Positions 1-6,086 of a stretch of DNA of 10,235 nt are shown here, in pieces. Both the position numbers and the translations under genes were made by a program. Numbering within the stretch: the first letter of the stretch is position 1; every line of letters begins with the position of its first letter. The DNA is from Candidatus Eiseniibacteriota bacterium (GTDB lineage Bacteria > Eisenbacteria > RBG-16-71-46): assembly GCA_031366795.1 (NCBI GenBank), contig JANLOX010000228.1, positions 1 to 10,235 of the forward strand, given 5' to 3'. The notes under the pieces are model-generated. The model made no database searches, had not been told where the DNA came from, and saw only the letters and a list, made by a program, of their open reading frames with translations.

Positions 1-69
1 TCCGGCTGGAGCGACAGTTGCCGGGCGGGATTTTCACCCGCTGGGGTCGTGCGTCTTTTCACGGCGCAC
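1..69 (-). mobile_element. Group II intron, 5' end (start of domain I); truncated by the window edge
   Basis: Minus strand from 69 reads GTGCGCCGTGAAAAGACGCACGACCCCAGCGGGTGAAAATCCCGCCCGGCAACTGTCGCTCCAGCCGGA. It has the canonical GUGYG 5' splice site, a GCGGG-TGAAAAT-CCCGC hairpin of the type found early in domain I, and a CGGCAACTGTCGCTCCAGCCGG tract that I recognise from bacterial group II intron 5' ends. It begins exactly where the tRNA sequence breaks off. The RT/maturase ORF and domains V/VI are not in the window. Confidence 0.85.
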
Positions 70-105
70 GGAAACCGCTGCTCTATCCGTCTGAGCTACG
101 GGGCC
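70..105 (-). tRNA. trnR: tRNA-Arg 5' exon (anticodon CC|N, most likely CCT), interrupted after position 35
   Basis: Minus strand 105->70 reads GGCCCCG TA GCTC AGACGGATA GAGC A GCGGT TT CC. This parses as acceptor 5' strand, U8-A9, D-stem GCTC/GAGC, D-loop with G18G19 and A20 (Arg identity element), anticodon stem 5' strand, U32 U33 and C34 C35. The 3' half is absent from the window. Confidence 0.88.
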
Positions 106-115
106 AGGAAACAAT

Positions 116-121
116 AAGATA
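116..121 (-). promoter_or_regulatory. Putative -10 element (TATCTT) for the tRNA gene
   Basis: TAnnnT hexamer in an AT-rich patch 10 nt upstream of the tRNA 5' end. No convincing -35 at 17 bp spacing. Confidence 0.35.
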
Positions 122-192
122 GCGCACTCTGTTCATCTGGAAAATCAATCGAGCTCGCGGTTCACCAGACCGCGGACTCGTCGCGGCAGGGT

Positions 193-2847
193 TCAGAAAT
201 CCTCGAGCATCCAGATGTTTCCTTGACCCGTGTTGCTCGTGTATGCGACCCGCTTGCCATCGGGCGAGACGGCCGCCGAGTACATCCACATCTGCGGTGG
301 GACCAAGTCTGACGTCCGACCGCGGGCATCGACGTGCATGAGCCGCCACTGCTCACCGCCTTGGACAATGATCCAGGAGCGCCCGTCGGGGACGTACGCG
401 ATGTCCGTAATATGGACGGGCCGGTCGAGCCGGACTTCGCGAAACGGTGCGCCGTGCGTCGAGAGTAGATGGATGCGCGGGATAGAATCCTGCGACTGGA
501 CGACCATGGCGATCGTGGAGCCGTCGGGCGAGAGGCTCCACACCGGGGGCTCGTGTCCTTCCGTGCGTAACAGTTCTCGGCCGCGGCCTCGTACAGGGTC
601 GAACGCCGAGAAGACAATGGTGCCGCCCTGAAGCTCGCAGAGCACGGGCGAAGATCCGGTCGCTTGCGGAGTCAGGAACGTCGCGGTGCCTTGGATGTCG
701 AACACCTTTTCGGCGCGGCCACCGGTGACGGATATTCGCATGAGGCGCGCATTCGTCGCCGCCTTGCCCGGTTCTGCATCCTGCTCCACGTAGAGGACCC
801 ACGCCCGGTCTGGGCTCAGTTGCGGCGAGTACTGGTCTCCCGGACTGGTCACCAGGGGGTCCGCGACGGCGTCGCCGATCCGCTGCCGGAAGATGTCAAA
901 CGTGCCATTGCGATCGGAACTGAAAACGATCGTCGAATCATCGGGCATCCAGGCCGGCATAACATCCATGCGATCGTCGAGAGTCACACGTCTGATATCT
1001 CGAAGCAGTGCCCCAGCCGCGGCCATACGTCCCACGTAAATATCACTCTGGTATTCCAGAACGCCAACTGACAGTCGCTTGCCATTCGTGGAGAATCCGG
1101 TGGGCTCCACCAGCGCGAGGTGCTGCCACTGGGTGATACGCCGCGGACTCCCCGATGGAACTCCCGAGCGCGGATCCACCCGCAACGACCATAAGTTCAT
1201 GTCGCGCTGGTTGGGCGGCGGATCGGTGAGGCCGAAGACCACTCGTCCATCGGGCAGCCACAACGGGATCGTGTACGCGTGCAGGGGCCGGTCGGCGGTC
1301 GGAGAGTAAAAGACGCGGGTCCGGCCCGCGAGGTCACAGCTTTCGAGTCGGAGGATCTGCGCTCCCATGTCGGCACGGCCGTAGGCCAGCCGTTTCCCGT
1401 TCGGCGACCAAACGGCCCACGCGGGAATCACACCACTCGAGTTGTCTCCGGTCACACGAATGTCGTCCTCTCCATTCGCCCGGCACACCCATATCTCAGA
1501 GCCGCCCACACCACGCCGTTTATAGGCGATGTGCGTGCCATCCGGGGAGAGCACCGCGAACGACGCATCGTCGAGCACCTTGTGCGTGCGGCCGCCGGCC
1601 ACAGGCAATGCCCACACGGCCGGCCGTCCGTCGGCCATGCGACCGCTGACGAGTAGTTGGCTCCCATCCGGAAACCAGTTGAGTTGGGCAAGCGGATAGT
1701 CGAGCGTCAGCCCCGCTGGGAGCTCCATCGGATGGCTCTCGCCGCTCTCGATGGAACGAAACGAAAGACCGCTGCCGTCGACGATTGCCAGGGTCTTGCC
1801 GTCAGGCGAGATGGCTCCCGTCAACACCGGGGTACCGGTGGGGTTCGAGGTCAGTTGCCGCTGCTTGAGTTCGGGAGGAGCCGCCGCCTGCCGACGCACA
1901 TACCAGATGGCCACGATCGCTGCGGCCAGCGCCAGCACCGTCATCGCGACCGGTAGAACGCGCGACGCTTTGATTGCGGCAGCCGCGGTGATGCCCGATT
2001 CTCCCGATTGCAGGGCTTCAAGCGCCGCACGCGCCTCGCTGGTTCGCTGGTAGCGCTCCCCGGGCTCCTTCGACAGGCACCGCCCGACAACAGCCCGCAG
2101 CCCCGCCGGCACGCGATCTGGCAGCCCCGTCGGGATGTCATTCATGATCGCCGATGCCAGCTCGAAGCTCGTGGTTCCCCTGAACGGCAGAGTTCCGCTC
2201 GCCATCTCGTGCAACATCACCCCGAGCGCCCACACGTCGCTCCGCTCGTCCGCCATTCCCCCGCGCAATACCTCAGGCGCGAGATAGTGCGGCGTCCCAA
2301 CGACGGCGCCGGCCTCGGTAAGCGCCATGCTCAGTGTGGCGCCGCTTTCATCCGGCGATTCTCGGGCGCGCCGCGCGAGGCCGAAGTCCAGCACCTTCAC
2401 CCGTCCGTCCGCCGTGACCACCACGTTCGAGCTCTTGAGATCGCGGTGGATCACGTGCCGCTCATGCGCGTGCGCCAGGGCGGATGCGATCTGCGCTCCG
2501 TAGCGCGTAACGTTCTCGATGGGAAGGCCCGTGGGGCGCTCGGCGATCATGTCGCTCAGCGTCCGGCCCTCGATCAACTCCATCGCGAGGTATACGTGCT
2601 CACCGTCCTCGCCCACCGCGAGCACGGTGCAGATGTTCGGGTGGTTGAGCGTCGCCGCGAGCCGCGCTTCACGCAGCAGCCGAGCGCGGGCCGTTTCGTC
2701 GTGCAGCGATTCGGCGGGCAGGACCTTGATGGCGACTTCTCGCCCGAGCCTGGGGTCGCGCGCACGGTACACCTCACCCATGCCGCCGGCGCCGAGCGGG
2801 GCGAGGATCTCGTAGGGGCCCAAGGGAGTGCCTGTGGTCAGCGGCAT
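193..2847 (-). CDS. Membrane-anchored Hanks-type Ser/Thr protein kinase with C-terminal TolB-like/PD40 beta-propeller sensor (884 aa)
   Basis: Kinase motifs GAGGMGEVY, VAIK, HRDLKSSN, DFG, GTPHYLAPE and DVWALG are all intact. One TM helix (VLPVAMTVLALAAAIVAIWYV) is followed by repeated S/W-P-D/N-G motifs (ISPDGKTLA, WFPDGSQLL, LSPDGTHIAY, WSPNGKRLAY, LSPDGSTIA, VSPDGKRVAY). Start placed at ATG 2847 (MPLTTGTPLGPYEI) by match to the paralog's N-terminus, rather than 2871. Confidence 0.95.
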   Translation of the reverse strand: MPLTTGTPLGPYEILAPLGAGGMGEVYRARDPRLGREVAIKVLPAESLHDETARARLLREARLAATLNHPNICTVLAVGEDGEHVYLAMELIEGRTLSDMIAERPTGLPIENVTRYGAQIASALAHAHERHVIHRDLKSSNVVVTADGRVKVLDFGLARRARESPDESGATLSMALTEAGAVVGTPHYLAPEVLRGGMADERSDVWALGVMLHEMASGTLPFRGTTSFELASAIMNDIPTGLPDRVPAGLRAVVGRCLSKEPGERYQRTSEARAALEALQSGESGITAAAAIKASRVLPVAMTVLALAAAIVAIWYVRRQAAAPPELKQRQLTSNPTGTPVLTGAISPDGKTLAIVDGSGLSFRSIESGESHPMELPAGLTLDYPLAQLNWFPDGSQLLVSGRMADGRPAVWALPVAGGRTHKVLDDASFAVLSPDGTHIAYKRRGVGGSEIWVCRANGEDDIRVTGDNSSGVIPAWAVWSPNGKRLAYGRADMGAQILRLESCDLAGRTRVFYSPTADRPLHAYTIPLWLPDGRVVFGLTDPPPNQRDMNLWSLRVDPRSGVPSGSPRRITQWQHLALVEPTGFSTNGKRLSVGVLEYQSDIYVGRMAAAGALLRDIRRVTLDDRMDVMPAWMPDDSTIVFSSDRNGTFDIFRQRIGDAVADPLVTSPGDQYSPQLSPDRAWVLYVEQDAEPGKAATNARLMRISVTGGRAEKVFDIQGTATFLTPQATGSSPVLCELQGGTIVFSAFDPVRGRGRELLRTEGHEPPVWSLSPDGSTIAMVVQSQDSIPRIHLLSTHGAPFREVRLDRPVHITDIAYVPDGRSWIIVQGGEQWRLMHVDARGRTSDLVPPQMWMYSAAVSPDGKRVAYTSNTGQGNIWMLEDF

Positions 2848-2862
2848 CGCGTCAATGTGCCA
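2848..2862 (-). promoter_or_regulatory. Extended -10-like element (TGG-CACATT) 6 nt before the kinase ATG; probable leaderless promoter
   Basis: Minus strand reads tggCACATTgacgcgATG with no Shine-Dalgarno. The same geometry occurs before the paralog at 10182. Confidence 0.45.
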
Positions 2863-2985
2863 CAAGCACATGACGGATAGAAGGCTGCGTGCCCCTCCGA
2901 GTTCTGGTCGCCCTTGGGTGCCCCTTATGACCCTTCCCGACCACCAACGAAAAGCCCCAATGTTTCACGTCCCACGACGTACACT

Positions 2986-3030
2986 GCGGGCTCGCTCAGG
3001 ATCTTGAGGCCGATCGCCTCGTGAGCCCGC
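2986..3030. other. Intergenic stem-loop
   Basis: GCGGGCTCGC (2986-2995) pairs with GTGAGCCCGC (3021-3030), 10 bp with one G-U. An inner hairpin GAGGC-cgatc-GCCTC lies at 3006-3020. Confidence 0.5.
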
Positions 3031-3095
3031 TTCAACTGATTTGTCCTTTGGCGGCGACCAGCGTGTCCCAAGCACGCAGACAAGGAGACGCGAAC

Positions 3096-3287
3096 ATGGC
3101 ACGAGATACGGAACGACCACAACTCGTCTGGGAAAAGTTGAACTCCGACGGAGGTGGGGTTATGCACTGGGATGTTCACCGTGCGAAGGTTCCGGGAGGA
3201 TGGCTGGTATTGGTAATACATAACGCCACAGGCCTCACGTTTTACGCAGACCCCGAGCACAGATGGGACGGCGGCGGCTTGGCGTGA
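3096..3287 (+). CDS. Small hypothetical protein (63 aa) with RAKVPGGWLV…TFxxDPxHxW motif
   Basis: AAGGAG Shine-Dalgarno at 3082-3087, 8 nt before ATG 3096. The ORF fits the intergenic space without overlap. The Trp/His-rich motif pattern resembles a recurrent small uncharacterised bacterial protein family (recognition, not a database hit). Confidence 0.8.
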   Translation: MARDTERPQLVWEKLNSDGGGVMHWDVHRAKVPGGWLVLVIHNATGLTFYADPEHRWDGGGLA

Positions 3288-3319
3288 GCCCTACCGATGA
3301 GAACTTTCTGGCGCGCCTA

Positions 3320-3694
3320 TTAACGCAGTAGCACCATGCGCTGGGTGGCGGTCTGCCCTTTGTGCGTGAGCCGCACCCAATAGAGTCCGGCGGGGCGTGT
3401 GGCCGCGTTCGGTGACCACGCAATCGTGGGGCGCCCTGCGGCCAGCGTCCCGGCGAGCGGTGAGTCGACACGCCTGCCGTTGGCGTCGAACACGTCGAGC
3501 CGCACGGCGCCGGATTCTGGTAGCTCGAACGTGATGTGCACCATGCTCGTCGCGGGCACTGGGCCGGCGCTCAGGGAGAACCTGTCCGTATCGGCCAGCG
3601 GCGCTGGGGCTTCGAGCACGCGATCGACCGCGAGCTGCCAGGGTCCGGGCGCATCGACGTAAACGTTCTGGTTAGTGCCGCCGAACACGATCAT
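3320..3694 (-). CDS. C-terminal fragment of the Kelch gene: end of last blade + FlgD-Ig/T9SS-like C-terminal domain
   Basis: Reads GPVPATSMVHITFELPESGAVRLDVFDANGRRV…W…PAGLYWVRL…MVLLR, followed by TAA TAG. Its ATG lies inside a Kelch blade, so it is probably not an independent gene. Confidence 0.55.
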   Translation of the reverse strand: MIVFGGTNQNVYVDAPGPWQLAVDRVLEAPAPLADTDRFSLSAGPVPATSMVHITFELPESGAVRLDVFDANGRRVDSPLAGTLAAGRPTIAWSPNAATRPAGLYWVRLTHKGQTATQRMVLLR

Positions 3695-3762
3695 CTCATC
3701 GTCGAGGGCGTCGAAGATCGCAGAGTGAAAGCTCCGGTAGCTCGGTGAGCGAATGAGAGCGC

Positions 3763-4905
3763 CTACACGTCATTCCTATAACCGCCATCGTAACCGCCGA
3801 ACATGATCATGCGCTGGCCGGGACCGTCCCAGATTGCGCTGTGCAGGTAGCGCGCGCTGGGCCGCGGACCCCGCGGTGCCAGGGCCTCCCAATGGCGCGG
3901 CGCATTGAGCCAGAGCACCGACGCGTCGTCGCCGAGACGCTGCGAGTCGAAGCCCCCGAACACGACCATGCGGTTCTGCACGCCGTCGTACGCGGCCGTG
4001 TGGCTCCACCGCGGATCCGGCGCCGGTCCCAGGGGCCCCGGAACCCATTCGCTCGGGCCGATGAGTGGCAGCAACCAGGCGTCATTGCCGACGCCGATGT
4101 CAACCGACAACAGGTACGATTCGACACCGCCGAACAGGATCATCCGGTCGCCGTTGGGATCGTAGATCGCCGAGGCGAAGATGCGCGGCTGGGGTTGGGT
4201 TCCCGTCAGCGAGAGTTGATGCCAGGCGAGTGTTGCGAGCGGCAACTCCCACACACCCACGCCCACGTTCTGTGTCCCACCCGAGCAACCGATCAGCCGG
4301 TTGCGCACCGGGTCGTAGATCAGCGACGCGCTGTAGCCACCGGTGCCCGAGCCAGTCGTGGACAGATGGCTCCACGTCGGTGTCGAGGTTCCGAGCGAGA
4401 GCGCGTACACGTTGCCCCCGGGGAGCACGGCCAGCATCCGGTCGCCGCCCGGGTCATACACCGAATGCGCGCCGCCCGGCGGTGGCGTGCCTGTCGTTGG
4501 GAGCAGGGACCACGCGGTCCGGCTCGCCAGCGGCAGGGTGTAGACGCCGATGCCGTCCATCCATACCACCATGCGATCGCGCACCGGGTCGTAAATGCCC
4601 GTCTCGCCCGAGTTGTCCACGGGTTTGGAGGCCAGCGGCGTCCATCCCTTGGGTTCCCGCAACGAGAGCGCCCATGTCTCCGCGCTCGGCCCGTCGTAGT
4701 TCTGGCCCTTGAAGCCGCCCGTGACGATCACTCGATGCCGCGGCGGATCATAGATCATCGAGTGCTTCCAAAGTCCCGGCGGCGGGTACGCGAGCGACCA
4801 TGTTTCGCCCGCGGCGAGCGCTTGCGGTGCCGCAGTGACGAGTGCGAATGCGATCACCGTCAACAGGCGCATGACCTCTGCCACGAATCCAAAGCGCTGG
4901 TTCAT
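3763..4905 (-). CDS. Kelch-repeat protein, N-terminal fragment (signal peptide + 7 blades)
   Basis: GGGAGG SD precedes ATG 4905 (alternative ATG 4872). Hydrophobic signal LLTVIAFALVTAAPQALA. Repeats include HSMIYDPPRHRVIVTGG, SAIYDPNGDRMILFGG, HTAAYDGVQNRMVVFGG and HSAIWDGPGQRMIMFGG. Confidence 0.7.
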   Translation of the reverse strand: MNQRFGFVAEVMRLLTVIAFALVTAAPQALAAGETWSLAYPPPGLWKHSMIYDPPRHRVIVTGGFKGQNYDGPSAETWALSLREPKGWTPLASKPVDNSGETGIYDPVRDRMVVWMDGIGVYTLPLASRTAWSLLPTTGTPPPGGAHSVYDPGGDRMLAVLPGGNVYALSLGTSTPTWSHLSTTGSGTGGYSASLIYDPVRNRLIGCSGGTQNVGVGVWELPLATLAWHQLSLTGTQPQPRIFASAIYDPNGDRMILFGGVESYLLSVDIGVGNDAWLLPLIGPSEWVPGPLGPAPDPRWSHTAAYDGVQNRMVVFGGFDSQRLGDDASVLWLNAPRHWEALAPRGPRPSARYLHSAIWDGPGQRMIMFGGYDGGYRNDV

Positions 4906-5108
4906 GAATGCCCTCCCGTGCGCGGCGTGGGTAGCAAGTGTCCGCGCCGACACCGCTTCCAGCGAGCGCGAAGCTCGACATCCTCGCGGACCATTGTAAG
5001 AGCGTTCGGCAAGAAAGGCGCATGAACAATGCCTTTCTACCACACGGAGGTCTTCGTGTTCCCTGCCATTAAAGCATGATTTGGGTTAGGGGATCCGGCG
5101 TTTGGTCA

Positions 5109-5137
5109 TTGACTGGGCAAGGCCCTGGGAATACTCT
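5109..5137 (+). promoter_or_regulatory. Sigma70-type promoter
   Basis: TTGACT (5109-5114), 17-bp spacer, TACTCT (5132-5137), within an AT-rich intergenic tract upstream of the plus-strand gene pair. Confidence 0.6.
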
Positions 5138-5218
5138 TTAGGCATCTTATAAAATACAGTCATATAGGCGCCGCTCCCCGACTTGGGTCTCGATGCCTTT
5201 CACCTCCGGTGAGGGCAA

Positions 5219-6013
5219 ATGGCCGCACCCTTGAAACGCTCGAAGCCTTCGGGGCCGCGCACGACCTTCCGTGTCCTCCCGATTCGCGAGGCACGCCGCG
5301 GCCAAGGGATCCGCCCGGGCCGCACGAGTTTCCTTGTGCAAGCCCCGAAGCGCTGGTTCCTGCTGGCGACGTCGGTACTCACGCTCGCGCTGGGCTCGCA
5401 GGAGTGCTTTTCTCGGGAACCCGTTTCCGATGGCCTCCCGAACGCAAGCGCGCCGGCGGCCGGGCCGCGGGAAACGCCCGTCCCTCCGCCCGCAGTTCAC
5501 GACGGAAGCCCATCCGCATCTGAGGTAATGGCCTCGTTCGAGAGCTCACTCTTTGTGATCGCTTGCGGGGGTGACTGTATCGGATCCGCTCATTTTTCGA
5601 TGAGTGCCGTGCTCGGCGAGTCCGCTTCCGGCAATACGAGCTCGGCGAGCTATTCATCCGGGTCCGGCTTCTGGGCCGCCGCTACCGTCGATTCGCCCGG
5701 CGTTGTGGATGTGCCGGTACGTCCGAGCGACGAATCCACCCTGCCTCCCGAGGGCATGAAGATTCTGGGGGGCTCCGGCCGCGGCTTGGGAATCCAGTTC
5801 GCCTTGCACGCGGCGGGACGCATTAGGCTCGAGATCTACGATGTGCTCGGTCGGTCCCTCTACCGTCTCGTGCAGAGCTATGAATCCGGCGTCCACGCCG
5901 TCTATTGGGACGGGATCGAGGGACGGGGTCCGAGTCCGGCGGCGGGCGTCTATTTTGTTCGTCTTCAGACCGAGAAGTCGAGCTACTCGGCCAAGGCGAT
6001 CTGGTTGCGCTGA
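5219..6013 (+). CDS. Secreted protein: Pro-rich linker, Gly/Ser-rich 'GG…G(E/Q)…Y…G.GFW' domain, C-terminal FlgD-Ig/T9SS-like domain
   Basis: Signal-like KRWFLLATSVLTLALGS (alternative start GTG 5336), then VIACGG…SAHFSMSAVLGESASGNTSSASYSSGSGFW, then GRIRLEIYDVLGR…VYWDG…AAGVYFVRL…AIWLR*. Start codon uncertain. Confidence 0.85.
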   Translation: MAAPLKRSKPSGPRTTFRVLPIREARRGQGIRPGRTSFLVQAPKRWFLLATSVLTLALGSQECFSREPVSDGLPNASAPAAGPRETPVPPPAVHDGSPSASEVMASFESSLFVIACGGDCIGSAHFSMSAVLGESASGNTSSASYSSGSGFWAAATVDSPGVVDVPVRPSDESTLPPEGMKILGGSGRGLGIQFALHAAGRIRLEIYDVLGRSLYRLVQSYESGVHAVYWDGIEGRGPSPAAGVYFVRLQTEKSSYSAKAIWLR

Positions 6014-6086
6014 AACACGGGAGTTCGGGATCGGGGGCCGAGACTCGGCTCCCAGGTGGGACGAGCCGATGAACGGAGGAACTGCC

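Larger units (their letters stand above)
3320..4905 (-). pseudogene. Disrupted secreted Kelch-repeat (beta-propeller) protein with C-terminal FlgD-Ig/T9SS-like domain
   Basis: A signal peptide and 7 Kelch-like blades run to YRNDV-TAG-ALS (TAG at 3763-3765, where the repeat consensus has Trp/TGG). Homology resumes in a different frame at about 3745 (PSYRSFHSAIFDALDDEMIVFGG) and continues to the C-terminal domain ending PAGLYWVRL…MVLLR* at 3320. Confidence 0.75.

Noticed and set aside
70..105. tRNA half as an integrase att-site remnant
   Set aside because: The break is immediately followed by GTGCG and a group II domain-I-like sequence, att duplications usually involve the tRNA 3' end, and no integrase is visible. 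Less likely, but not fully excluded without the left flank.
156..174. Hairpin CGCGGT-N7-ACCGCG after the first kinase stop as an intrinsic terminator
   Set aside because: Only 6 bp and no adjacent U-tract on the minus strand; too weak to call.
2008..2880. 290-aa plus-strand ORF
   Set aside because: Antisense shadow of the kinase domain; Arg/His-rich with no recognisable motifs, typical of high-GC DNA.
3763..3765. TAG as programmed readthrough, pyrrolysine or alternative genetic code
   Set aside because: Readthrough would not restore the protein because a frameshift follows within about 20 nt, the consensus residue is Trp (a single TGG->TAG change), and no other gene here has an in-frame TAG.
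3841..5025. 394-aa plus-strand ORF (and 4065-4712)
   Set aside because: Antisense to the Kelch gene, which has clear repeats and a signal peptide.
4906..5043. N-terminal extension of the Kelch ORF
   Set aside because: The SD and signal peptide support ATG 4905 (or 4872); the extension looks non-coding.
5841..6086. N-terminal 82 codons of the 622-aa ORF call
   Set aside because: Overlaps the upstream gene in another frame; the SD and signal peptide point to GTG 6087.
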